Positions 24,187 to 32,666 of a stretch of 64,000 bases of DNA are shown here, in pieces (the first letter of the stretch is position 1; each line of letters starts with the position of its first letter). The notes under the pieces were generated by a model. It searched no databases. It was not told where the DNA came from and worked only from the letters and a program-made list of their open reading frames with translations. The translations under genes and the position numbers were made by a program. The DNA is from a virus. The stretch covers positions 1 to 64,000 of the IMG/VR virus record IMGVR_UViG_3300031257_000001; one strand, written 5' to 3'.

Positions 24187-27127
24187 TCAGCTAGCCGACG
24201 CTGGTTGGTGGATTGGGTGCGAGATCTGCGCCCAATCATCGCTGGCCCTGTATGACATCCTAGTCATCTCTGACGAGCTGGTGGTCAAAGGGTTGCTCGT
24301 TCCGGAGATGGCACAGATTGCGCGCAACGAGGACCGCCTGCGCCAGCTCCTGCTCGCACAGTGGCGCGTGAGGTCAAAGCAGGCGGTCGAACGCTCGCAC
24401 GCGGTCTGGATGTCCAGCGGGGACCTCGCTGCCTCGATGGCGGCCGTGGACGTCGTGATGTCCAAGTGGGCAGATGACGTCAAGGGCCGATTCACACAGG
24501 GGCTGATCGACATCTACACGTTGGGTCGTGAGGCGGGAACGAAACGGGCCGCCGGCATCATCACGCGGCCGCTGGACTACACTGTCGGCAACTTCACCGA
24601 GCAGCTGGGCGACCAGGCGCGCATCGCCAAGGCGACTCCGCGAGTGGCCACGGCGTTCGATGTGTACGATGCTTCCGCCGTCACCGCGTTGATGGATGAG
24701 CAGATGTTGTGGATCGGCCGTCACTACGGTGCGAACGTCAGCGAGACCATCCGCCGTTCGGCGCGTGAGCAGATCGTCGGGCGCGGCCTGGGCCGGCGCG
24801 AGGCCGGGAAACTGCTGCGTGATGACGTGGCACGCAACCTGGATAAAGTGACCGTGCCCAAAGGCTTCAACGGGAGCCAAGCCAAATATTTTGAGGGGCT
24901 GGCTGCCAACGCCGCAACCATCGGGAGGGTCCGGGGTCAGATTCGTTCGTTCCAGGACTTGGGTGTCACACGCTACGTCTTGTCCAACCCGATGGACCGC
25001 AGGACCACGCGCCAGTGCATCCACATGAACGGGAAGGTGTTCACGGTCCAGAACGCTGTCAATCAAATTGAGCGGACCGCCGGGGCGACTTCCCCGGACG
25101 ACATCAAGCGTGACCATCCGTGGCTCTCCATGTCACAGATCCTGGCCGTCTCGCCTGTCGCTGGCCGATCCACGGCCGCCGATTCGGGGAAGCTTGCAGC
25201 GGCCGGCTTCTCGCTTCCACCTTTCCACTTCCGTTGCATGCCAGGATCCACCACAGTCCAAGGCCAAGTAGAGATGGTCTCAAAGAGGCTCTACTCTGGT
25301 GAAATCGTGGAAATACTTACGGAAAGCGGCAGACGAATTGCCTTGACGCCCAATCACCCCGTACTTGCCGTACAAGGATTTGTCTCTGCTGAGTCTGTTC
25401 ACAATGGCATGGATCTTGTCTGCTACAAGATCAGGACGGAACGGCTTGCGGTCGGGACCGGCATTAGCCTCAACGTACAGAACAAACCAGCCGCTGTCCA
25501 GCATGTATTTGAGTCGTTGTTTGTAGCGTTCGACAGACTTGTGATTCGGCGGTGCCCCGGAGACTTCTATGGCGAATCGGATGTTATGGATGGCAAAATC
25601 CACGTTGTATCTGTGGATAGCAAATTGTCTGGTGAATTGAAGACCAGATTTCAAGAACGCATCATTGAATGCCGCCTCAATTTTGGAGAATCTGCCGCGC
25701 GTCCAACATCTGCTTTGGGCCGTGTTGGCTCTGGCGATCATCTCTCTGTCTCCAATTGTTCGAGTGCGGGCAGCACGCCAGGCTGCACCGCATTGTCTTG
25801 TGATCAATTCAACTCTATTCGGAGCAGATTTCACCCTGAACCACTTGATAGCGTTTGCTTCGGACCTGCCTCTGATCTTGGCGCCTTGTCTCCTGAGGAA
25901 GGACACGACAGCGTTCTCAGAGACTCCGTGCAGCTGGCCAATCGACTTAGGGGACTTTCCGGCCTTGTAGAGTTGGATCGTGTCGTTTCCGTCAGGAGGT
26001 TCCCATTTCGCGGCCATGTGTATGATCTCCAAACCAGAACTGGTTGGATCATAGCCGAAGGAGCATTCATAAGCAACTGCCGTACCACCGTGGACATAGC
26101 TCCGGGGCAGACGGCATTCAAGCCTCTCACTGCGCAAGAACAGCGGCTGACCATTCCTGCCAAGCCACGGCCGACTCCCAAGCCACGGCCGGCCGTTGCC
26201 AAACCGCTCGCCAAGCCGAAGCCGACCAAGAAGCCCACGACGACACCGAGGTCAATGCCTGCCGCCAGGAGACCGGCGACGATGCCGCCGGTGGATCCAC
26301 TGGCTGTGTTGCAAGCTCCCGTCAACAGCTTCAAGCCACTGGGTGGTGGTGCGAATTCATCCGAGCTGCTGGAGCTTGAAAACGGCATCAGCGTCGTGTG
26401 GAAGCCGGCCGCTGGCGAGAGTGCCACTCTGACCGAACATGTTGGCGGTGCGCTTCACAAGCGCGAGGCTGCTGCGTACCAGATTGACCAGATAGTCGGG
26501 ACCAATGTTGTACCGAGGACGGCGCTTCGCAAGTACGGCGGCGAAGTCGGGAGTGTCCAAGAGTTCATCGGTAGCGCCGTTGAGTTGGACATGGCATCTC
26601 CGGCAGCAATTGCTTCTGCTTCAGCCAACTCTGCACAGAGGATGTCGCTTCTTGATGTGATCATCGGGAACACCGATCGTCACTCGGGCAACGTCATGGT
26701 GGCAAAGATCGGAGGGAAGCAGCAATTTGTGGCGATAGACAACGGGTTCTCCATGCAGCAGTCAGCTCAGCTTGTTCGTCGCTGGTACTATAACGGTGAA
26801 GCCTCATACGAGGTGTCAAAGAGCAAGGCGTTGGCGATGTTCGATTTCAGACCGTTGGCGGCTAATCTGGAGGCTGCATCGCTGGCTGATACGGCGGCCG
26901 CCCTCGCGGCGAGTGGCGTTGAAAGAGACGCAGCCACGCAGGTTGTCGGGAGGCTGGCCGCATTGAAGCGCCACCCCATGGCGTTGCACAGGACGGTAGC
27001 CGGCGCCGAAGGTGAGTCCCCTGCGTTGTACAAGACGAAGGATTGGGTGGGTGGTGAATGGAAGGCTGGGCTGTCTGCTGCTGACACAAAGGCCATCCAA
27101 ACTGCCATAAGTGGTGCGTACAAATGA
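24161..27127 (+). CDS. MuF/gp7-type minor head protein with intein and C-terminal PI3/4K/HipA-like kinase domain
   Basis: D.RTT..C..MNG and PPFHFR|intein|CRTTV; Pro/Lys linker; GGGANSS, VWKP, REAAAY, DVIIGNTDRHSGN, IDNG. Confidence 0.85.
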   Translation: MNLAPAPTDQLADAGWWIGCEICAQSSLALYDILVISDELVVKGLLVPEMAQIARNEDRLRQLLLAQWRVRSKQAVERSHAVWMSSGDLAASMAAVDVVMSKWADDVKGRFTQGLIDIYTLGREAGTKRAAGIITRPLDYTVGNFTEQLGDQARIAKATPRVATAFDVYDASAVTALMDEQMLWIGRHYGANVSETIRRSAREQIVGRGLGRREAGKLLRDDVARNLDKVTVPKGFNGSQAKYFEGLAANAATIGRVRGQIRSFQDLGVTRYVLSNPMDRRTTRQCIHMNGKVFTVQNAVNQIERTAGATSPDDIKRDHPWLSMSQILAVSPVAGRSTAADSGKLAAAGFSLPPFHFRCMPGSTTVQGQVEMVSKRLYSGEIVEILTESGRRIALTPNHPVLAVQGFVSAESVHNGMDLVCYKIRTERLAVGTGISLNVQNKPAAVQHVFESLFVAFDRLVIRRCPGDFYGESDVMDGKIHVVSVDSKLSGELKTRFQERIIECRLNFGESAARPTSALGRVGSGDHLSVSNCSSAGSTPGCTALSCDQFNSIRSRFHPEPLDSVCFGPASDLGALSPEEGHDSVLRDSVQLANRLRGLSGLVELDRVVSVRRFPFRGHVYDLQTRTGWIIAEGAFISNCRTTVDIAPGQTAFKPLTAQEQRLTIPAKPRPTPKPRPAVAKPLAKPKPTKKPTTTPRSMPAARRPATMPPVDPLAVLQAPVNSFKPLGGGANSSELLELENGISVVWKPAAGESATLTEHVGGALHKREAAAYQIDQIVGTNVVPRTALRKYGGEVGSVQEFIGSAVELDMASPAAIASASANSAQRMSLLDVIIGNTDRHSGNVMVAKIGGKQQFVAIDNGFSMQQSAQLVRRWYYNGEASYEVSKSKALAMFDFRPLAANLEAASLADTAAALAASGVERDAATQVVGRLAALKRHPMALHRTVAGAEGESPALYKTKDWVGGEWKAGLSAADTKAIQTAISGAYK
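25235..26077 (+). mobile_element. Intein (281 aa) in the MuF HxxCR motif
   Basis: N-terminal Cys (CMPGST), block B LTPNHPV, block F VYDLQT, ends ISN followed by Cys+1. Confidence 0.88.
25280..26017 (-). CDS. HTH plus DUF559/Vsr-like PD-(D/E)XK endonuclease encoded antisense inside the intein
   Basis: LYKAGKSPKSIGQLHGVSENAV; SKIE...FTRQFAIHRYNVDF...AIEVSG...LDSGWFVLYV; RBS GGAGATCATACAC-ATG on the minus strand. Confidence 0.8.
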   Translation of the reverse strand: MAAKWEPPDGNDTIQLYKAGKSPKSIGQLHGVSENAVVSFLRRQGAKIRGRSEANAIKWFRVKSAPNRVELITRQCGAAWRAARTRTIGDREMIARANTAQSRCWTRGRFSKIEAAFNDAFLKSGLQFTRQFAIHRYNVDFAIHNIRFAIEVSGAPPNHKSVERYKQRLKYMLDSGWFVLYVEANAGPDRKPFRPDLVADKIHAIVNRLSRDKSLYGKYGVIGRQGNSSAAFRKYFHDFTRVEPL

Positions 27128-27354
27128 GAGTTGAGCTCAGATCAAATTCAGATGGCAGAGTCCTTGCCAAGGGAAAGTCCGACTCAAATGGCGCTGTCAA
27201 ATGGGAATCCGCAGACAAGCGCACAGAATATCTGCTGAATGACATCCCTGGGGCTGGGAAGCCTGGGGATCCTGGATACCTGCAGGGCGCAGAAGCATAC
27301 TTCAACAGGTCAACATCACTCACGCTACATCGTGTGGCACCGAAGCCCGCCTGA
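27124..27354 (+). CDS. Small protein, candidate immunity partner of the MuF kinase domain
   Basis: ATGA overlap with the MuF stop; role inferred from position only. Confidence 0.5.
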   Translation: MRVELRSNSDGRVLAKGKSDSNGAVKWESADKRTEYLLNDIPGAGKPGDPGYLQGAEAYFNRSTSLTLHRVAPKPA

Positions 27355-27412
27355 GAGACGCTCTGCGCTGTAGGCTTCCCAACGACGCATCCACAGGGCT
27401 AGACTCGGTCTT

Positions 27413-27985
27413 GTGAACGATGCGCAGACACGCGCCCGCGAAGCCTTGAAGGCACTCATCGAGCTGTTCGGAGGCAAGGCGATTGGAGTTGGAGCGCTCG
27501 CAGGCGGCGGCAAGCTCGCCCCGGCGCGAGGGCTCCCAGGCGGATCCGGCATTCGTCCTGACAAAGCCAAGGTGCCGTGCCGAAAAGACCAAGTTGAGAA
27601 GCGTCTGTATGTCCCCATCCTGAAGGCGGATGCCGAGGAACAGACGCTGACGGGCGTGGTTCTCCAGCCCGAGGTGACGGATGCGCAGGGCGACATCATG
27701 GACGCCCAAGTCATCCGTCAAGCTGCCCACAAGTTCTTGGCACTGTTCAACAGCAAGACCAAGCTGGGGCTGCAGCACAAAGTCTTCAAGTCGGGCCAGT
27801 TCGCTCTGTCGGAGTCCTACCTGGCGCCAGCGAACATGACGATTGGTTCGCAGGTGATCAAGGAGGGCTCCTGGATCATGGTGGTGAAGGTCCTGGACTC
27901 CAAGCTCTGGAAGCTGGCCAAGGACGGCAAGCTCACAGGTTTCTCTATTGGTGGCCGTGCCAAGGTCAAGCAGCTGGCCGCGTAA
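27413..27985 (+). CDS. XkdF-like prohead serine protease
   Basis: GVVLQP...DAQGD...AAHKF...QH...ESYLAP...GSW...GKLTGFSIGG. Confidence 0.85.
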   Translation: MNDAQTRAREALKALIELFGGKAIGVGALAGGGKLAPARGLPGGSGIRPDKAKVPCRKDQVEKRLYVPILKADAEEQTLTGVVLQPEVTDAQGDIMDAQVIRQAAHKFLALFNSKTKLGLQHKVFKSGQFALSESYLAPANMTIGSQVIKEGSWIMVVKVLDSKLWKLAKDGKLTGFSIGGRAKVKQLAA

Positions 27986-28003
27986 CAAGACTGGAGCGAA
28001 ACT

Positions 28004-29011
28004 TTGCCCCGAACCCCAAAGCGAAGATTCTTAGGGCTGGACGTGGACGAGGTGTCCACCGTGGACAGCCCGGCAAATGAACGAGAGTTTCTGGTTCTCA
28101 AGAACATGGAGGATAGCAACATGGGCGACAGCGCAACCGAGACGCAGGGGACTCCTGCCGAGGCTGGCAGCGAAGCGCAGCGTGTGACCTTGGACGTGCC
28201 CGCAGCCGATGGTGAAGCTGTCGCCAAGGCGATGGAGCACGTCAGCAGCATCGTCGATTCCATCGCGGATCTGGCCAAGAGCGCAGCGATTGCTCCGGCG
28301 GCCGATGACGAGGACGACAGCGATGATGATGACGCTGATGAGACCACCGACGCAGAAAAGGCCAAGGCGATGAAGCCGGCCGCCGGAGCCGGTGGAGGCC
28401 CTGGCAAGTTTCCTCGCAATCTCTTCAAGCAGATGCTTCTGAAGGCAGGCATCACCGACAGCGAGACTCTCAAGCTCTTGCTGGGTGGCCTTCAGAAGCA
28501 ATTCGAGTCCCGTCCACCCGCCGGCGGGCAGCCGCCGATGAAGAGCGGGATGAAGCCGGGCATGAAGACTTCGAAGGCATCCGGCGGCGAGCCCGAGGCC
28601 CCGGCGGACACCCCCGTCACCCTGGAGATGCTCCAGAAGGCAGCCGTGTTCACGCCCGAGCGCGTGGCAGCACTCCAGAGCGCATTCGAGACACTGAAGA
28701 TGGTCATCGAGGCCATCCAACCCGGCCAGGTCCCGGCAACCCGCACCCCGAGCACCACGCAGTTCGGAGCGTCGGGCGTCCGTGAGCTCGCCAATCCTAT
28801 CATGACGCCCACCGTCAAGAGCGAGGGCGAGGGCGAGCCAGCCACCCAGCTGGCCGTAACGCTCAAGTCCATTGGGGAAACCCTCAAAACTCTTGATGGC
28901 CGGGTCCAGGCCATCGAAAAGGCACGACCTGCCTCCAACTCCGTGGAGGGGGATGGCGGGACCGACAACAACCACAAGACTGAGAAGAGCCTTTGGGCCG
29001 GAGTGCTCTGA
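28004..29011 (+). CDS. Scaffold protein with N-terminal EVSxVDxPAN segment
   Basis: Lies between protease and capsid; acidic/low complexity; RBS GGAG plus TTG start. Confidence 0.75.
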   Translation: MPRTPKRRFLGLDVDEVSTVDSPANEREFLVLKNMEDSNMGDSATETQGTPAEAGSEAQRVTLDVPAADGEAVAKAMEHVSSIVDSIADLAKSAAIAPAADDEDDSDDDDADETTDAEKAKAMKPAAGAGGGPGKFPRNLFKQMLLKAGITDSETLKLLLGGLQKQFESRPPAGGQPPMKSGMKPGMKTSKASGGEPEAPADTPVTLEMLQKAAVFTPERVAALQSAFETLKMVIEAIQPGQVPATRTPSTTQFGASGVRELANPIMTPTVKSEGEGEPATQLAVTLKSIGETLKTLDGRVQAIEKARPASNSVEGDGGTDNNHKTEKSLWAGVL

Positions 29012-29063
29012 GGGCCAAGCAACAGGCCAGTCGCCACACACCGAGAAACAGGAGAATTCCAAG

Positions 29064-30260
29064 ATGGGACTCAGCAACGAGGAACTGGTCAGGAAGGCAA
29101 CGATTGTCGCCGATGACTTGGCCACGGGCGGGAAGCTCAACCCGGCCCAGAGCGACCGCTTTATCGACTTCGTCATTGATGAGACGGTCCTGAAGGACAA
29201 CGCTCGCATCGTCCGCTTCAGGAACGAAACCCTGGAGATCGACAAGATAGGTGTCGGACGGCGTGTCACCGTGCCCAAGCGCGAAGCGGCAGACCCGAAC
29301 GTGCGCAAGGGCATCTCCACTGGAAAGGTGACCCTCACACCCAAGGAGATCATGACGCCGTTCGAGGTCGGTGACAACTTCCGCGAGCTCAACATCGAAG
29401 GCGACAACGTGGAGGAAACTGTCGTGCGTCTCATGGCCACCCAGATGGCCAACGATGTGGAGGACCTGTACATCAACGGCAACAAGCTGGCGCCGGCGGT
29501 GATCGAGGGCGACATCAAGAACGGCGGCTCCACCTCGTTGTACATTGCCGACAGCTTCTTGGCGCTGGAGGATGGTTGGGGCTTGCTTGCGGATGGCGCG
29601 AACGTACTGGACGCGGCCGGCCAGAACATCGGCCTGAGCATCTTCAGCAAGGCCATCCGGGCGATGCCCACCAAGTTCCGGCGGAACAAGAGCGCTTTGC
29701 GCTGGTTCCTCAGCCCGGACCTCTGGCAGCTGTACCAGGAGAAGCTCTCCACACGCGCGACCGCCCTGGGCGACTCTGCGGCAGCTGGAGGACAAGAAGG
29801 GAATGGGCCATTCGGCATCAAGGCCGTCCCCGTTCCGCTGTGGGAGTTCGAGCCGCTCACCGTCGAGCACATTGTTCTGCCCGCCAGCGGGACCGTGGCG
29901 CTCAAGAACGGTCCTGTGACTGATGTGGTCGTTCACGTGTCTACGTTGGATCAGACTCCTGCTGCTGGATTCACCGAAGACACCGACTACAGCGTGGACT
30001 ATTCCGCTGGAACCATCACCAATTTGGACGTTGGGATTGGTGATGGTGATACCGTCAAGGTTACCTATCGTTCCAGCCCGCAGATCCTGCTCACCCACCA
30101 GAACAACATGGTGGTCGGCATCGGTCGCGACGTCCGCATCGAAAGGGATCGCGATATCTTCAAGGGTGTCAACCAGTACGCCATCACCGCCAAGGTTTCG
30201 GTTGAGTATGAGGAGTTGACGGCCATCGTCAAGGTCCGCAACGTCGGTCTGGGCGTCTGA
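29064..30260 (+). CDS. Major capsid protein (HK97 fold, XkdG-like) with inserted beta domain
   Basis: GGKLNPAQSDRFIDFV...NIEG...DVEDLYING; strong RBS AGGAGA. Confidence 0.9.
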   Translation: MGLSNEELVRKATIVADDLATGGKLNPAQSDRFIDFVIDETVLKDNARIVRFRNETLEIDKIGVGRRVTVPKREAADPNVRKGISTGKVTLTPKEIMTPFEVGDNFRELNIEGDNVEETVVRLMATQMANDVEDLYINGNKLAPAVIEGDIKNGGSTSLYIADSFLALEDGWGLLADGANVLDAAGQNIGLSIFSKAIRAMPTKFRRNKSALRWFLSPDLWQLYQEKLSTRATALGDSAAAGGQEGNGPFGIKAVPVPLWEFEPLTVEHIVLPASGTVALKNGPVTDVVVHVSTLDQTPAAGFTEDTDYSVDYSAGTITNLDVGIGDGDTVKVTYRSSPQILLTHQNNMVVGIGRDVRIERDRDIFKGVNQYAITAKVSVEYEELTAIVKVRNVGLGV

Positions 30261-30277
30261 CGGGAAGCGAGGGCATA

Positions 30278-30320
30278 GGGCGCCCTCCGGCGCCCCGCCC
30301 TAGTCACAAGCTAGGGCTTT
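30278..30320 (+). terminator. Tandem hairpins after the capsid gene (weak terminator or stabiliser)
   Basis: GGGCGCC-CTCC-GGCGCCC and GCCCTAG-TCACAAG-CTAGGGC-TTT. Confidence 0.55.
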
Positions 30321-30356
30321 GAAGCCATTCAGATTGGCCAAAAGGAGACCCAAGGA

Positions 30357-30764
30357 ATGGTACGAGCAAGAGTGAAGTTGGATTCACGTGGCCCGGTCAC
30401 ATTCCATGGCCGTGGGCGCAGACTCACCCGAGGCGAGTCCATCATCGTCACCAACGCGGCCGACATCCGCTACTTCCAGGTGCAGGGTGGTTTCTCGGTG
30501 GCCATCCTGGAAGGTGCGATGCCCAAGGCTCCTCCTGTGGAGCCGCCGAATGAAGATGACGAGGGCGACGATGACGATGGTCTGGAGCTGGATGAAGATC
30601 TGGATGCCGACGGCCCTGCTGATCCCACCTACAACCGCGGTGATCTCAACAAGCAGACCAAGAGCCAGTTGGTCGGGCTCGGCGCTGAACTGAGCGTTGA
30701 GCTGACCATGGACATGTCCAAGTCAGCGATGGTGAACGCCATCGTGGAGGCGCAGGGCAGCTAG
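30357..30764 (+). CDS. Protein with C-terminal Rho-N/HeH-like domain
   Basis: DLNKQTKSQLVGLGAELSV...MSKSAMVNAI after an acidic linker. Confidence 0.6.
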   Translation: MVRARVKLDSRGPVTFHGRGRRLTRGESIIVTNAADIRYFQVQGGFSVAILEGAMPKAPPVEPPNEDDEGDDDDGLELDEDLDADGPADPTYNRGDLNKQTKSQLVGLGAELSVELTMDMSKSAMVNAIVEAQGS

Positions 30765-30785
30765 CCCGGCGAGGAGTGAGAACCC

Positions 30786-31220
30786 ATGGTGGTCGTACAC
30801 GTTCCTAACGGGGTGCCTCTCCAGCAGGTGGAAGGCTTCCCCCTGCTGGTGGATCTCAAGGAAACTGAGACTGTCGTCGTCAGAGGCCGCAAGGTCGAGC
30901 AGCCCAAAACGCGCGAGTTCAAGCGCTCGCAGAAGGGTGCCCTGCACGTGCGACCGCGCTCCACGATGACGCTCACCGAGGATGAGCTGGCGTGGCTGAA
31001 GCAGCACCGCAAGCCTCTGTTCACAAAGCTCCGAGTCACCGCCGACAAGGACCTGACACGAGCGAGCGCTGCAAGGGCTGCCAAGAAGGCGCCCGAGGAG
31101 CCCAAGCCCGTGCCGGCGCCTCCCGGCGACCCTCCGCCTGATCCGCCCGCCACGGGCCCGTCCGGCAGCGGCTCGTCCAAAGGCAGCGGCAAGGGAAGCA
31201 AGGGATCCAGCAGCAAGTAG
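30786..31220 (+). CDS. Hypothetical protein with Pro/Gly/Ser tail
   Basis: RBS GAGGAG. Confidence 0.6.
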   Translation: MVVVHVPNGVPLQQVEGFPLLVDLKETETVVVRGRKVEQPKTREFKRSQKGALHVRPRSTMTLTEDELAWLKQHRKPLFTKLRVTADKDLTRASAARAAKKAPEEPKPVPAPPGDPPPDPPATGPSGSGSSKGSGKGSKGSSSK

Positions 31221-31256
31221 ACTGGGTGCCAGCTTCGTCAGCTCGAAGCTGGCGAC

Positions 31257-31691
31257 ATGATCCGCGTACACACCAGCGACGGGCGAACTGTGACCGTGGA
31301 CTTGCGTGACGAAACGCAGGCTCGCGAGTTGTTCAGGTCACTCGCCAACGAAGGCTTCCAGCGCACCATCACTGCGGTGACCGTGGCTGGCTCGCACCAC
31401 CTCGTCACAAGGTGCTCCGAGTGTGGTGCCAAAGTGTCGGCCAAGATGGCCAACCAATTCAGTGTGACGGCTCCCAAGGGTGAGGACCGCATGCATCACT
31501 TCCACGTGGAAGGTGTGGAGCCGAACGGCAAGGTCAAGGGGGGCGAGCGCCTGGTGCTATTTGCAGGCGATGTTCGCCTCACGGCAATGTCGCACGTTAC
31601 ACAACCCTCGGTCCGCGTATCACTGACAAGATTGGGCAGACGAGTAGCAGATCCGATGGCACGGCGGGCCGAACGTGGACAGCAGCGGTAG
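31257..31691 (+). CDS. Hypothetical protein
   Basis: ORF in the operon; CSEC. Confidence 0.6.
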   Translation: MIRVHTSDGRTVTVDLRDETQARELFRSLANEGFQRTITAVTVAGSHHLVTRCSECGAKVSAKMANQFSVTAPKGEDRMHHFHVEGVEPNGKVKGGERLVLFAGDVRLTAMSHVTQPSVRVSLTRLGRRVADPMARRAERGQQR

Positions 31692-31700
31692 GATAGGCAC

Positions 31701-32324
31701 GTGGCCGATCCCGCACTCAAAAGACTCCGTCAGATTGCCAAGCCGTCCAACCCAGACGACACCCTGTCTGGTCCGGCCATCGCGGGCATCGAATCGAGCG
31801 CGACCGACCTTGCTGACTTTTTTGATGGCATCCTGTCGCAGCTCAAGCGAGTCATACACGGCCCGGACGTTGGAAACTGGCACGATAACTTGGAGACGGT
31901 GTTCGGAACGACAGCGAGCCTCAAGGCAATCCTGTCGGGGCTCGGCGCCATCACCCCAGACCAGATTCGCAGCGACCCCGGACGCTATGCTGTGGCCTCC
32001 GGGGTGGGATTGTGTGAGCTTGTGTACTCATCAGGCGACGGGCAAGCAGCCCGAGCCGACAACAGTAACATCACCACCGCAAATGTCCTCGGGATGGTGG
32101 TGGAAAAGCCATCAACAGTCACGGCCACGGTGGCGTATGTAGGCAAGGTTGACGGGTTCGTTGGGTTGACACCGGGCATTGTGATGTTCCTGGGGACCAA
32201 CGGCGCCATCATCCCTGCCTCCGCCGGACTCCCGACGGCGCCCGATTCGGTGATTCATCGGGTTGGAATCTGCGTCTCGCCCACAGAATTCATCTTGGCT
32301 CCTGGACTTGCAGTGAGGATGTGA
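31701..32324 (+). CDS. Putative capsid decoration/head-fibre base protein
   Basis: C-terminal domain resembles the C-terminus of 32667-34139. Confidence 0.55.
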   Translation: MADPALKRLRQIAKPSNPDDTLSGPAIAGIESSATDLADFFDGILSQLKRVIHGPDVGNWHDNLETVFGTTASLKAILSGLGAITPDQIRSDPGRYAVASGVGLCELVYSSGDGQAARADNSNITTANVLGMVVEKPSTVTATVAYVGKVDGFVGLTPGIVMFLGTNGAIIPASAGLPTAPDSVIHRVGICVSPTEFILAPGLAVRM

Positions 32325-32650
32325 TGGAGAAACACTACCAACTCACCAAGTACGCGCTGCCATTCGAGCGTGATGGCAAGTTCCAGTTCCGCGTGCGCTT
32401 CCATCAAGAGACCGAGGGTGGCGGGCTGCGTGTCAGAGCGCTCAAAGCCTGCCCACTCATCACTGCGCCCTCCGGCGGCGTGGTGTCCACTACAAATCTG
32501 ACCGCTCAGCGAATGATCGAGGCGTTCCACGCGCCCAACAACACTCACCGTAACGGCGAGCGCCGGGTGCGCAAGCCGCTGTTCAAGGACGTGACAGCCG
32601 CCAACGCCACCGTGGATGTGGACCTGGATGAGGTGTTCGGCACAGCCTAG
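32324..32650 (+). CDS. Hypothetical protein
   Basis: TGATG coupling. Confidence 0.6.
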   Translation: MEKHYQLTKYALPFERDGKFQFRVRFHQETEGGGLRVRALKACPLITAPSGGVVSTTNLTAQRMIEAFHAPNNTHRNGERRVRKPLFKDVTAANATVDVDLDEVFGTA

Positions 32651-32666
32651 CCTCTGGAGATGCCAA

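Noticed and set aside
28031-30098. Long minus-strand ORFs (also 16-1260, 21128-22204, 22834-24027, 47432-48799, 58146-59225)
   Set aside because: Antisense shadows of GC-rich genes with no motifs or RBS, unlike the intein-internal ORF
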